A DNA stretch of 64,000 nucleotides from Nitrospirota bacterium. GTDB taxonomy: Bacteria; Nitrospirota; Thermodesulfovibrionia; Thermodesulfovibrionales; JdFR-86. The notes below the pieces were generated by a model. That model did not search any database, had not been told where the DNA came from, and worked only from the letters and a program-made list of their open reading frames with translations. Positions within the stretch are counted from its first letter, which is position 1; the number at the start of each line of letters is the position of its first letter. Made by a program: the position numbers and the translations under genes. This document shows positions 36,895-46,538 of this stretch, in pieces. The DNA lies in the NCBI GenBank assembly GCA_037386965.1, contig JARRLN010000001.1, positions 5,323 to 69,322 of the forward strand, read 5' to 3'.

Positions 36895-36923
36895 TTGCGG
36901 AGCCCAAAAAAATTTAGTAAAAT
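36895..36923 (+). promoter_or_regulatory. Candidate sigma-70 promoter of nifS (TTGCGG-17 nt-TAAAAT)
   Basis: TTGCGG lies at 36895-36900 and TAAAAT at 36918-36923. The ATG follows 11 nt downstream with no Shine-Dalgarno. Confidence 0.35.
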
Positions 36924-36934
36924 AAAGTCCTTCC

Positions 36935-38059
36935 ATGATCTACCTGGACCACAACGCGACCACTCCGGTAGAGCCGGAAGTGGCGGAGGCCATGGCGGAA
37001 GCCCAGAGGGAGGGCTTCGGAAATCCTTCGAGCTGCCACCTCCCCGGGGTCCGGGCGCGCCAGTTCGTGGAAACGGCCCGCTCCCGGGTCGCCGGGCTTC
37101 TCGGAGCACGGCAGGAGGAGATTTATTTTACCTCCGGGGGCACCGAGTCCAACAACCTTGCCATCCTGGGCCTTGCGCGCCGTCGTCCGAAAGGGCACAT
37201 CGTCACCTCGGCCGTGGAACACCCCTCCGTAACCCAGGCCGTCCGCCACCTTCTCTCTCAGGGTTTTCAGGCCACCCTCGTCGGGGTGGACGGCGACGGA
37301 CGCGTGAAGGTGGATGAGGTGGAGCGGGCCATACGGGACGACACGGTGCTCATCACCGTCATGCACTCCAACAACGAGACCGGCGTGCTCCAGCCCATCG
37401 AGGATATAGCGCGTCTGGCCCGGAGCCGCAAGGTCCCCTTCCACACAGACGCCGCCCAGTCCGTGGGAAAGGTGCCCGTGAGCGCGGAGGCCTGTGACAT
37501 GCTTACCGTGGCCGGCCACAAACTCTACGGGCCCAAGGGTGTCGGGGCGCTGTACGTGCGAAGGGGCATCGCCCTGGAGCCCATCCTCTTCGGGGCCGGA
37601 CACGAGAAGGGGCTCCGCCCGGGGACGGAGAACGTTTCCGGGGTGGTGGGTCTCGGTGTGGCCTGCGAGCTTGCGGGCCGGGAGCGAGAGGCCCGGGGAC
37701 GCCATGTGGAGGCATTGGCGGAGAGGTTCCTTTCGGGCCTCAGGCGGAACGTCTCCGCCCTCCGCCTGAACGGCCACCCTGCCCTCAGGCTTCCGGGGAC
37801 CCTGAATCTCTGCTGCCCCGGTGTGGATTCCACCTCCCTGACCGCCGCCCTGGGGGACCGGATAGCCATGTCTTCGGGCTCCGCGTGCCACGCGGGGGAG
37901 AGGAAGCCCTCGGCCGTGCTCATGGCCATGGGCGTTTCGGAGGACGAGGCGCTCTCCTCGGTAAGGTTCAGCCTCGGGAAGGACAACACGGAAGAAGAGA
38001 TGGACCGGGCCGTCAGGATACTTTCAGAGACCCTTGCTCCACCGGCCCCAGCACGGTAA
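36935..38059 (+). CDS. nifS: Cysteine desulfurase (NifS/IscS class V aminotransferase)
   Basis: It starts MIYLDHNATTP. Motifs are TSGGTESNN, HSNNETGVLQPI, the PLP lysine in GHKLYGPKGVGALYVR, and the catalytic Cys loop SSGSACHAG. Confidence 0.9.
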   Translation: MIYLDHNATTPVEPEVAEAMAEAQREGFGNPSSCHLPGVRARQFVETARSRVAGLLGARQEEIYFTSGGTESNNLAILGLARRRPKGHIVTSAVEHPSVTQAVRHLLSQGFQATLVGVDGDGRVKVDEVERAIRDDTVLITVMHSNNETGVLQPIEDIARLARSRKVPFHTDAAQSVGKVPVSAEACDMLTVAGHKLYGPKGVGALYVRRGIALEPILFGAGHEKGLRPGTENVSGVVGLGVACELAGREREARGRHVEALAERFLSGLRRNVSALRLNGHPALRLPGTLNLCCPGVDSTSLTAALGDRIAMSSGSACHAGERKPSAVLMAMGVSEDEALSSVRFSLGKDNTEEEMDRAVRILSETLAPPAPAR

Positions 38060-39254
38060 GGGCGACCTCCCCATCGGAGGCGAGCCGCCCTGCCAGGTGC
38101 CGCACCTCTTCGAGGGTGACGGCGTCTATCTTTTTCAGTATCTCCCCGGGAGAGTAGTACCGGCCGTAGTATATCTGCTGTATGGCGATGTTCTGCATCC
38201 TCCTGCTCGTGGACTCGAGGCCGAGGATGAGGTTTCCCTTCACCTGCGCCTTCGCCCGCTCAAGCTCCTGCTTCGTCACGGTCTGGGCAAGGGACCGGAA
38301 CTCCCGGGCCGTGTGCTCCACGACCTCCTGGGCGTGCTCCTCTCCCGTGCCGGCGTAAACCCCCCAGAGCCCCGTGTCCCCGTACATGGAGAGAAACGAG
38401 TAGACGGAGTACGCCAGTCCCCGCTTCTCCCGGATTTCCTGGAAGAGGCGGGAGCTGACCCCTCCGCCCAGTATGGTGTTCAGCAGAAGGAGGTGATATC
38501 TCTCTTCGCTGGGTTGGGGAAGAGCCTTGACGCCCATGCAGATGTGCACTTCGGAGAGGTCCTTTTCATGGACTGATTCCCGCGGGCGGAAGACGGGCAA
38601 AGCGCCGGTTTGGGGCTTCGGGCCCAGCCCGATTCCATCCAGCGCCCTGTTGAGGTTCTCCATAAGGGCGTCCTCGTCGAAGTGCCCGGCGCAGGCCACA
38701 ACGATGTTTCCGGTGCCATAGGAGTTCTTGATGTGCTCCAGGATGTTCTCGCGGGAAAAGCCACCCACGGTATCCCTGGTGCCCAGGACCGCCTGGCCCA
38801 GGCCGTCCTCGCCCCAGACGGAGCGGTTGAAGAGGTCGTGCACGTAGTCGTCGGGGGTGTCCTCCACCATCTTTATCTCCTCCCCCACGACGCTCTTCTC
38901 GCGCTCGATTTCCTCCTCCGGGAAGGTCGACCCCAAAAAGATGTCCCCCAGAAGCTCTACCCCCCGGCCGAGGTACTCGTCCAGCACCTTCACGTAAAAA
39001 GTCGTACTCTCCTTGGAGGTGAAGGCGTTGAGCTCCCCGCCCAGGGAGTCCATGTCCACGGCTATGTCAAGGGCGGTGCGCTTCTCCGTCCCCTTGAAGA
39101 ACATGTGCTCAAGGAAATGGGATATCCCGTTTCTCTCGCGCGGTTCGTGGCGAGAGCCCACCTGCACCCAGATGCCCAGCGCCACGGAGCGGACGTTTCG
39201 AATCTGCTCCATCACCACGAGCACGCCGTTATCCAGTGCTTTCTTGCTGAACAT
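38013..39254 (-). CDS. M16 family zinc metallopeptidase (pitrilysin/insulinase-like)
   Basis: It has the inverted zinc motif HFLEH (GISHFLEHMFFKGTEKR) and a downstream Glu. It is 413 aa. The 3' end overlaps convergent nifS by 47 bp. Confidence 0.85.
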   Translation of the reverse strand: MFSKKALDNGVLVVMEQIRNVRSVALGIWVQVGSRHEPRERNGISHFLEHMFFKGTEKRTALDIAVDMDSLGGELNAFTSKESTTFYVKVLDEYLGRGVELLGDIFLGSTFPEEEIEREKSVVGEEIKMVEDTPDDYVHDLFNRSVWGEDGLGQAVLGTRDTVGGFSRENILEHIKNSYGTGNIVVACAGHFDEDALMENLNRALDGIGLGPKPQTGALPVFRPRESVHEKDLSEVHICMGVKALPQPSEERYHLLLLNTILGGGVSSRLFQEIREKRGLAYSVYSFLSMYGDTGLWGVYAGTGEEHAQEVVEHTAREFRSLAQTVTKQELERAKAQVKGNLILGLESTSRRMQNIAIQQIYYGRYYSPGEILKKIDAVTLEEVRHLAGRLASDGEVALTVLGPVEQGSLKVS

Positions 39255-39334
39255 GTATACCCGCTGACTAGGAAAAAGGGGGACGTACGCCCCCCTTATT
39301 GTAGGTGTACCGGACGCCGGAAGTCAGGGCCTTC

Positions 39335-41428
39335 TCAGGCCTGAGGGCGCGCCTTCTCTTTCAAGGCCTCTTTCCTGCTCAGGCGGACCCTTCCGAGCTT
39401 GTCTATCTCGATGACCTTGACCAGCACCTCGTCCCCCTCGTGCAGGACGTCGGTCACTTTCTCTATCCTCTTGTGGTCTATCTGAGAGATGTGCAGGAGG
39501 CCGTCGGTGCCGGGCAGTATCTCCACAAAGGCCCCGAAGTCGGTGATGCGAACGACCTTGCCTTTGTAGAGCTTGCCCACCTCGGGCTCCTCGATAATGC
39601 CCTCGATTATCTTGATGGCCTTCCGCGCTGCGGCCTCGTCCGGAGAGGCAATGCTCACCAGGCCGGAGTCCTCGATGTTTATCTTCACGCCGGTCTCCTC
39701 GATGATGCCCTTTATCACCTTTCCGCCGGTGCCGATAATGTCGCGGATCTTGTCCTGCTTCACCATCATGGTGTAGATGCGGGGAGCGTAAGGCGACAGC
39801 GTCTCGCGCGGGGCCGGCAGGGCCTGCTTCATGGCCTCCAGGATGAAGAGGCGGCCCTTCCGGGCCTGCTCCAGTGCCTCCTGGAGCACCTCGCCGGTTA
39901 TGCCGGCTATCTTGACGTCCATCTGAAACGCCGTCACACCCCTCTCGGTGCCCGTCACCTTGAAGTCCATGTCCCCCAGGTGGTCCTCCAGGCCGAGGAT
40001 GTCCGTAAGGACAACGGTCCTGTCGCCCTCCTTTATAAGGCCCATGGCGATGCCGGCCACGGGGGATTTCATGGGCACCGCGGCGTCCATGAGCGAGAGA
40101 GACGCCGCGCAGACGGTGGCCATGGAGGAGGAGCCATTGGACTCCAGGATGTCGGAGACGACCCGGATGGTGTAGGGGAAGTCGTCGTGGGAGGGAAGCA
40201 GCGGCCTTACGGCCTTCTCGGCCAGGGCGCCGTGGCCGACCTCCCGCCTGCCCGGGCCCCTCAGGAACCGGGCCTCGCCCACGCTGAAGGGCGGAAAATT
40301 ATAGTGGAGCATGAAGCTCTTGTAATACTCCCCTTCCAGGGCATCGATCTTCTGCTCGTCCTCGGTGGTGCCCAGGGTGCTCACCGCCAGGGCCTGGGTC
40401 TCTCCCCGCACGAAGAGCGCGGAGCCGTGCACCCGGGGCAGAAGGCCCACGGTGCAGGAGATGGGGCGTATCTCGTCGGGCCGCCTGCCGTCGGCGCGGA
40501 CGTTCTCTTCCACGATGGCCCTGCGGACCAGCTGCCGCTCCAGTTCGTAGAAGACGTCGGCCACCTCCCGCGAACGGTCCTCCTCGGGCGTGCTGAAATG
40601 TTCCTTGGCCCCGGTGAGCAGGTGGTCCAGGGCGTCCTGACGCCGGAGCTTGTCCGGTATCTTTATGCCTTCCTGGATGCCGCCCAGGACGTACTCCCGG
40701 ACTTTCGCCTTGAACTCTTCGTCTATCTTGGGCTGTTCGGGAATGGCCCTCTTGGGCCTGCCGACCTTTTCCCGAAGCTCCCTCTGAAGTGCGTTGAGCC
40801 TCTTTATCTCCCTGTGGGCGATGTCGATGGCCTCCAGGAAATCCGCCTCCGGCACCTCCCCGGCCTTTCCCTCCACCATGACCACTGCCTCGTCCGTGCC
40901 GGCCACGGCGATCTCCAGCTCCAGGTCCTCGATGTCCTTCAGGCTCGGGAAGAGCACGTACTCCCCGCCGAGTTTGCCCACCCGCACTCCGGAGACCGGC
41001 CCGTCAAAGGGGATATCCGATATGACCAACGCAGCCGACACACCCGTAATGCCCATTACGTCCGAGGTGTTTTCGTCCCCGAAGGAAAGGACGTTTACGA
41101 TGCCCTGGGTCTCGGACTTGAAGCCCTTGGGGAACAAGGGTCTGATCGGCCGGTCGATGAGGCGGGAGGTGAGGACTTCCTTCTCCGAGGGCCTGCCCTC
41201 ACGCTTGAAAAAGCCGCCGGGTATCTTCCCCGCGGCGTAGGTCTTCTCCAGGTAATCTATGGTCAGGGGGAAAAAATCGATGCCCTCCCTGACCCCCTTG
41301 CTCGCCACCGCGGTGGCAAGAAGGATGGTGTCTCCGTACGTAAGGACGGTGGAACCGTCGGCCTGACGGGCCATCCTGCCCGTCTCCATGCGCAATACTC
41401 GCCCTGCGATTTCGGTCTCTACCTGCAT
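39335..41428 (-). CDS. pnp: Polyribonucleotide nucleotidyltransferase (PNPase)
   Basis: It has two RNase PH domains, a KH domain ([15 protein letters not shown]) and a C-terminal S1 domain ([23 protein letters not shown]). It is 697 aa. Confidence 0.95.
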   Translation of the reverse strand: MQVETEIAGRVLRMETGRMARQADGSTVLTYGDTILLATAVASKGVREGIDFFPLTIDYLEKTYAAGKIPGGFFKREGRPSEKEVLTSRLIDRPIRPLFPKGFKSETQGIVNVLSFGDENTSDVMGITGVSAALVISDIPFDGPVSGVRVGKLGGEYVLFPSLKDIEDLELEIAVAGTDEAVVMVEGKAGEVPEADFLEAIDIAHREIKRLNALQRELREKVGRPKRAIPEQPKIDEEFKAKVREYVLGGIQEGIKIPDKLRRQDALDHLLTGAKEHFSTPEEDRSREVADVFYELERQLVRRAIVEENVRADGRRPDEIRPISCTVGLLPRVHGSALFVRGETQALAVSTLGTTEDEQKIDALEGEYYKSFMLHYNFPPFSVGEARFLRGPGRREVGHGALAEKAVRPLLPSHDDFPYTIRVVSDILESNGSSSMATVCAASLSLMDAAVPMKSPVAGIAMGLIKEGDRTVVLTDILGLEDHLGDMDFKVTGTERGVTAFQMDVKIAGITGEVLQEALEQARKGRLFILEAMKQALPAPRETLSPYAPRIYTMMVKQDKIRDIIGTGGKVIKGIIEETGVKINIEDSGLVSIASPDEAAARKAIKIIEGIIEEPEVGKLYKGKVVRITDFGAFVEILPGTDGLLHISQIDHKRIEKVTDVLHEGDEVLVKVIEIDKLGRVRLSRKEALKEKARPQA

Positions 41429-41437
41429 CGTTCCGCT

Positions 41438-41707
41438 CTACTTCCTAAGCCCTAAGCTTTGTCTGATGTTTTCGTACCTGTCTTTGTCCGAACCCTTGAG
41501 GTAGTCCAGGAGCTTTCTCCTCGTGCCCACAAGCTTGAGGAGCCCCCTGCGAGAGTGGTGGTCCTTCTTGTGCGTGCGGAAGTGCTCGGTCAGGTACTCG
41601 ATGCGTGCGCTCAGCAGAGCGATTTGAACTTCGGGAGAACCGGTGTCGCTCTCATGCGTCTTATACCGGTTTATGATCTCCCCTTTTCCCTCCTTGCTCA
41701 GAGGCAT
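41438..41707 (-). CDS. rpsO: 30S ribosomal protein S15
   Basis: [57 protein letters not shown]. The ATG at 41707 is preferred over the listed TTG at 41713. Confidence 0.9.
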   Translation of the reverse strand: MPLSKEGKGEIINRYKTHESDTGSPEVQIALLSARIEYLTEHFRTHKKDHHSRRGLLKLVGTRRKLLDYLKGSDKDRYENIRQSLGLRK

Positions 41708-41934
41708 CTCCAATCCCTTCCTTCCTCTTCTTTTTTAAGCACTTAGTCTATCATAGACAATTATACAGTGTAAAGGCGCTCCGGGCGAGCGGACGTGGCC
41801 GCTATCCTTTTTGCACCGGGATAGCCCGCCTCCACCCAGCGGGGCAAACCCGCCTGGAAGATGCGGATGTTCCAGGAGCCCGAAAACGGCAAAAACCTTC
41901 TTCACGACCCCCTCACCTTGTCGAAAAATACGGA

Positions 41935-42011
41935 TGGCGCCCCCTGCACGACTCGAACGTGCGACACCAGGTTTAGGAAACCTGTGCTCTATCCTACTGA
42001 GCTAAGGGGGC
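41935..42011 (-). tRNA. tRNA-Arg (anticodon CCT), CCA encoded
   Basis: Manual cloverleaf: acceptor GCCCCCT/AGGGGGC, D stem GCTC/GAGC, anticodon stem CAGGT/ACCTG with loop TTCCTAA, T loop TTCGAGT, then G-CCA. Confidence 0.9.
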
Positions 42012-42076
42012 GAGATACTCCAGGTCCATCTCCGGAACAGTTCATAATAACATTTTTTTCCGGGCCCGGTCCAGGG

Positions 42077-42106
42077 TTGAACGGGCGAAAAACGGGCGGG
42101 TATAAT
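42077..42106 (+). promoter_or_regulatory. Candidate sigma-70 promoter of mutS (TTGAAC-18 nt-TATAAT), 5 nt before the ATG
   Basis: TTGAAC lies at 42077-42082 and TATAAT at 42101-42106, followed by CTCCT and then the ATG at 42112. No Shine-Dalgarno is present. Confidence 0.45.
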
Positions 42107-42111
42107 CTCCT

Positions 42112-44667
42112 ATGCCGCCGGAAGGGACCCCTGTGATGAAGCAGTACCAGAGCATCAAGGAGAAGCATCCCGACGCCGTCGTTCTGTTCCGCATGGGGGA
42201 CTTCTACGAGATGTTCGGCGAGGACGCGCGGGTGGCCTCGCGGGTGCTTCAGATAGCGCTGACGACCCGGGAGAAGAACAAGGACGACCCCATGCCCATG
42301 TGCGGCATCCCCTACTTCGCCTCGGAGAACTATATCGCCAAGCTCATCCGTGCCGGCCACAAGGTGGCCGTGTGCGAGCAGGTCGAAGACCCCCGCTCGG
42401 CCAGGGGCATCGTCAGGCGGGAGGTGGTCCGGGTCATCTCTCCCGGCACCCACACGCCGGAGCACCCCAAGGAGAACGCCTACATCGTGAGCCTGGTCCC
42501 CGAGGGCGACCGGCACGGCCTGGCGGTGGCCGACGTTTCCACGGGGGAGTTTTTCGTCTACGAAAGCACGCGCCCCCTGGAGGACGAGCTTTCCCGCTAC
42601 GAGCCCGCCGAGGTGGTGCTGCCCGAGAGCCTCGGAGAGGACATGCATTATTCGGAGATACTGGACGGCCTGTACGTCACTACCGTGGAGGACCACGCGT
42701 TCGACTACCCGCGGGCCATGCGCACGCTGCTCGGGCACTTCAAGGTGGCTTCCCTGGAGGGCTTCGGCTGCGAGGGCCTCACCGCGGCAGTACGGGCCGC
42801 CGGGGGGCTCATGAGCTATCTGGAGGAGACCCAGAAAGGTGCTCTGCACTTCGGCACTCTTTCCACTCTCACGCCCTCGGGCACCATGTTCCTCGACACC
42901 CCGACCCAGCGGAACCTGGAGCTGGTCAGAAACCTCAAGGACGGCTCCACGGAAGCCACCCTTCTGTCCACGCTGGAGCAGACCCTTACCCCCATGGGGG
43001 GCCGGTTCCTCCGGGCCGCCATCCTGCGTCCCCTCGTCGAGACGGAGGAAATCCACGAGCGCCACCGGGCTGTAGCGGTGCTGGTGGAGGATTACGACAT
43101 TCTGGAGAGGCTCAGGAGACGGCTGAGGAACGTCCAGGACGTGGAGAGGCTCGCCCAGCGCATCTCCACGGGAAGCGCCACCGCCAGGGACCTGGCGGCC
43201 CTCGGAAACTCCCTCGCCCCTCTCCCCGAGATACGTGAAAGCCTCCTGGGCTCCGGAGACCCGCTCCTTTGCAGCCTGGGAGAGGGGCTTCCCCTGTTCG
43301 AGGAGCTTACGGACCTCATCGGGAGGGCCATTGTGGAGCATCCGCCCGCATCGGTGCGGGACGGCGGCATCATCAGGGCCGGTTTCTCCGCGGAGATAGA
43401 CGAGCTCAGGAACATTTCGACGGGGACCAGGGACTTCATCGCGGCGCTGGAGGCCGAGGAGAGGGTGAAGACGGGCATCACCACGCTCAAGGTCGGCTTC
43501 AACAGGATTCACGGCTACTACATCGAGGTGACCAAGTCGAACCTGGACCTGGTCCCGTACCATTACGTCCGGAAGCAGACCCTGGTGGGCGGGGAGAGGT
43601 TCATCACCCCGGAGCTCAAGGACTACGAGTCGAAGGTCCTGGGTGCGGAAGAGAGGCTCAAGGTCCTGGAGCTCGACGTCTTCACCGGCCTTCTCGCCCA
43701 GGCCGACCGGTGGAGCCCCGCCCTTTCGGAGGCGGCCCGGGCCCTGGCCGTGGCCGACTTTCTGGTCTCCTTGGCCGTCGTGGCCAAGAGGCATGACTAT
43801 GTCATGCCCCGCATGACCGAGGAGCCCGTCATCCGCATCTCCAACGGCCGCCATGCGGTCATCGAGCGCCTGTCCTTGGGAGAGAAGTTCATCCCCAACG
43901 ACGCCCACCTCGACGGCGGCGACGAGCGGCTCCTCGTCATCACGGGCCCGAACATGGCCGGGAAGTCCACCTACATGCGCCAGGTGGCCCTCATAGTGCT
44001 CATGGCCCAGATGGGGAGCTTCGTCCCGGCCGAGGAAGCGGTCCTCGGCGTGGCCGACAGGATATTCACCCGCATCGGGGCCTCGGACTTCCTGAGCAGG
44101 GGGCAGAGCACCTTCATGGTGGAGATGGTGGAGACCGCAAACATCCTCAATAACGCCACCCAGCGGAGCCTCATCCTCCTGGACGAGGTGGGAAGGGGCA
44201 CCAGCACCTTCGACGGCATCAGCATCGCCTGGGCCGCCGCGGAGCACATCTCCCAGAGGGTCCGGGCGCGCACGCTCTTTGCCACCCACTACAACGAGCT
44301 CACCGACCTGGCCCACCTGCTGGAAGGGGTGCGCAACTACAATATCGCCGTCAAGGAGTGGGGAGACGAGATAATCTTTCTCCGGAGAATAGAGGCCGGT
44401 CCGGCGGACAAGAGTTACGGCATCCAGGTGGCCCGGCTGGCGGGGCTCCCGCCGGAGGTGGTGGCCCGGGCCGGGGAGGTCCTCTCCCTGCTGGAGAAAC
44501 AGCCAAAGGGAGAAGCCGCGAGGCGGGCGCGGCAGATGGACCTGTTCGCCCCGCGGGAGGACCTGCTGCTCGATGAACTGCTGGGCATGGACCTCGAGGC
44601 CCTGAGCCCCGAGGAGGTGGTGGCCCGGATTCGGGACATCAAGGTGCGGAGCCCCCGGCGCTCCTGA
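42112..44667 (+). CDS. mutS: DNA mismatch repair protein MutS
   Basis: It has TPVMKQYQSIKEKHPDAVVLFRMGDFYEMF (mismatch-binding domain), Walker A (GPNMAGKSTYMRQ) and STFMVEM. It is 851 aa. Confidence 0.95.
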   Translation: MPPEGTPVMKQYQSIKEKHPDAVVLFRMGDFYEMFGEDARVASRVLQIALTTREKNKDDPMPMCGIPYFASENYIAKLIRAGHKVAVCEQVEDPRSARGIVRREVVRVISPGTHTPEHPKENAYIVSLVPEGDRHGLAVADVSTGEFFVYESTRPLEDELSRYEPAEVVLPESLGEDMHYSEILDGLYVTTVEDHAFDYPRAMRTLLGHFKVASLEGFGCEGLTAAVRAAGGLMSYLEETQKGALHFGTLSTLTPSGTMFLDTPTQRNLELVRNLKDGSTEATLLSTLEQTLTPMGGRFLRAAILRPLVETEEIHERHRAVAVLVEDYDILERLRRRLRNVQDVERLAQRISTGSATARDLAALGNSLAPLPEIRESLLGSGDPLLCSLGEGLPLFEELTDLIGRAIVEHPPASVRDGGIIRAGFSAEIDELRNISTGTRDFIAALEAEERVKTGITTLKVGFNRIHGYYIEVTKSNLDLVPYHYVRKQTLVGGERFITPELKDYESKVLGAEERLKVLELDVFTGLLAQADRWSPALSEAARALAVADFLVSLAVVAKRHDYVMPRMTEEPVIRISNGRHAVIERLSLGEKFIPNDAHLDGGDERLLVITGPNMAGKSTYMRQVALIVLMAQMGSFVPAEEAVLGVADRIFTRIGASDFLSRGQSTFMVEMVETANILNNATQRSLILLDEVGRGTSTFDGISIAWAAAEHISQRVRARTLFATHYNELTDLAHLLEGVRNYNIAVKEWGDEIIFLRRIEAGPADKSYGIQVARLAGLPPEVVARAGEVLSLLEKQPKGEAARRARQMDLFAPREDLLLDELLGMDLEALSPEEVVARIRDIKVRSPRRS

Positions 44668-44689
44668 CGGCACAGGCGGAATTTTGCGC

Positions 44690-44717
44690 TTGCATGCATA
44701 TATGATATTGGTATACT
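44690..44717 (+). promoter_or_regulatory. Candidate sigma-70 promoter of gcvH-lpd (TTGCAT-16 nt-TATACT)
   Basis: TTGCAT lies at 44690-44695 and TATACT at 44712-44717. AAGGAGGGAG precedes the ATG at 44770. Confidence 0.45.
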
Positions 44718-44769
44718 TGTATACGCTTTTGAGAAGAGACGGTCAAATCACTTCAGTAAGGAGGGAGAA

Positions 44770-45156
44770 ATGAACCCCGATGAACTCAAGTACCACAAGG
44801 AGCACACATGGGCCAGGGCCGAAGGGCACAAAGCCACCATCGGCATAACCGACTACGCACAGGACGCGCTCGGCGACATCGTCTACATCGACCTCCCCGA
44901 GGTTGACAACACCGTCGAGGCCAACTCCGAGATATCGGAGATAGAGTCGACCAAGGCCACGTCCTCGGTAATATCGCCCGTGAGCGGGACCATCGTCAAG
45001 GTCAACGAGGAGCTTTCCGAGACCCCCGAGGTCATCAACGAGGACCCTTACGGCAAGGGGTGGATAGCGGTCGTCGAGCTCTCCAGCGACGCCGAGCTCA
45101 GCGACCTCATGGATGCCTCCGACTACGAGAAGTACGTCGAGGAAGAGGCGAAATGA
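44770..45156 (+). CDS. gcvH: Glycine cleavage system H protein (lipoyl carrier)
   Basis: YHKEHTWARAEG...GITDYAQDALGDIVYIDLPEV, with the lipoyl-lysine motif IESTKATSSVISPVSG. Confidence 0.9.
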   Translation: MNPDELKYHKEHTWARAEGHKATIGITDYAQDALGDIVYIDLPEVDNTVEANSEISEIESTKATSSVISPVSGTIVKVNEELSETPEVINEDPYGKGWIAVVELSSDAELSDLMDASDYEKYVEEEAK

Positions 45157-46538
45157 GGCTGGTCGTCATCGGTTCGGGTCCGGGGGGGTACGTCGCCGCC
45201 CTGAAGGCGGCCCAGCTTGGCGCGGAGGTAACCGTCATAGAGGAGACCGAGGTCGGCGGGACGTGTCTGAACAGGGGATGCATTCCCACCAAGAGCCTTA
45301 TCGCCTCCACCGAGCTGTATACGAAGGCCAGGGAGATGGAGAAGTTCGGCCTCGACCTCGACGGCGCGGTCAAGCCCAACCTTGCCAGAATGATGGAGCG
45401 CAAGGACAAGATAGTGGGCATCCAGGTGAAAGGCATACGGGGCCTGTTCAAGAGCTGGGGCGTCAGCATCGTGGAGGGCCGGGGAGCCCTGAAGGGGGCC
45501 CGAAGCGTGGAGGTCCGGAAAAAGGACGGCTCCACCGAGACCCTGGAGGCCGACGGGGTCATCATTGCCACGGGCTCCGAGCCCGCCGAGATAAAGGCCT
45601 TTCCCTTCGATGCCAAGACGATTATCAACAGCACCCATGCCCTGGGGCTTACGGAGCTTCCCAAAAGCATGCTCATCGTGGGCGCCGGGGTCATCGGCTG
45701 CGAGTGGGCCTGCATGTTCGCGGAGCTGGGCACCGAAATCACCATGGTGGAGATGCTCCCGCGGGCCGTGGCCACCGAGGACCCCGAGGTCTCGGAGCTC
45801 CTGGCAAGGGAGCTGAAGAAGAAAAAGATAAAGCTTCTTACCGGAACCGGCGTGGAGAGCGTGCAGGTGACCGGCCAGGGCGCGGTGGCCAGGCTCTCCG
45901 GCGGCAAGGAGGTCTCGGCCGAGAAGGTCCTGGTCTCGGTGGGGCGGGCCCTGAACAGCAAGAACATGGGCCTGGAGGAGGCCGGCGTCGATGTCGGCAA
46001 GCGCGGCGAGATTGTGGTGAACGAGCGCATGGAGACCACTGTGGAGGGCGTCTACGCCATCGGGGACGTCACCGGAGGCATTCTCCTGGCCCACGTGGCG
46101 TCCAAGGAAGGCATCGTGGCGGCCCTGAACGTCTGTGGCAAGGACGCCGCGATGGACTACGGCACCGTTGCGGCGGCCATCTTCACCTCGCCCGAGATCG
46201 GCTCCGTGGGCCTCAGGGAGCACGAGGCGGAGCAGAGGGGGGTAAAGTACCGGACCGGCCACTTCCCGTTCAGGGCGCTGGGCAAGGCCCATGCCATGGG
46301 CGAGATATCGGGCTTCTTCAAGCTCGTGGCGGACCGGGAGACCGACAGGGTGCTGGGCGCCCACATCATCGGCCCGCATGCATCCGTCCTCGTTCACGAG
46401 GCCGCGGTGGCCATGCATAACGGACTCACGGTACGCGACCTCGCCGACACCATCCATGCCCACCCCACCCTCTCGGAGGGCCTGATGGAAGCGGCGGAGG
46501 ACGTCCACGGCGAAGCCATACATGCACCCAGGAAATAA
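45153..46538 (+). CDS. lpd: Dihydrolipoyl dehydrogenase (E3 / L protein)
   Basis: ATG 45153 forms an ATGA overlap with the gcvH stop and gives MRLVVIGSGPGGYVAALKAAQLG (FAD-binding). The redox disulfide is GGTCLNRGCIPTK and the C-terminal HAHPTLSE motif is present. The listed start at 45060 is an extension through gcvH. Confidence 0.9.
   Translation: MRLVVIGSGPGGYVAALKAAQLGAEVTVIEETEVGGTCLNRGCIPTKSLIASTELYTKAREMEKFGLDLDGAVKPNLARMMERKDKIVGIQVKGIRGLFKSWGVSIVEGRGALKGARSVEVRKKDGSTETLEADGVIIATGSEPAEIKAFPFDAKTIINSTHALGLTELPKSMLIVGAGVIGCEWACMFAELGTEITMVEMLPRAVATEDPEVSELLARELKKKKIKLLTGTGVESVQVTGQGAVARLSGGKEVSAEKVLVSVGRALNSKNMGLEEAGVDVGKRGEIVVNERMETTVEGVYAIGDVTGGILLAHVASKEGIVAALNVCGKDAAMDYGTVAAAIFTSPEIGSVGLREHEAEQRGVKYRTGHFPFRALGKAHAMGEISGFFKLVADRETDRVLGAHIIGPHASVLVHEAAVAMHNGLTVRDLADTIHAHPTLSEGLMEAAEDVHGEAIHAPRK

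Noticed and set aside
39305-41455. 716-aa plus-strand ORF opposite pnp
   Set aside because: This is a shadow ORF; PNPase domains are complete on the minus strand.
41989-44673. 894-aa ORF antisense to mutS (and running into tRNA-Arg CCT)
   Set aside because: This is a shadow ORF with a Gly/Pro/Arg/His-rich translation; mutS is unambiguous.
44668-44769. Possible glycine riboswitch upstream of gcvH
   Set aside because: Only about 50 nt lie between the candidate -10 and the Shine-Dalgarno. That is too short for a glycine aptamer, and I see none of its conserved core segments.
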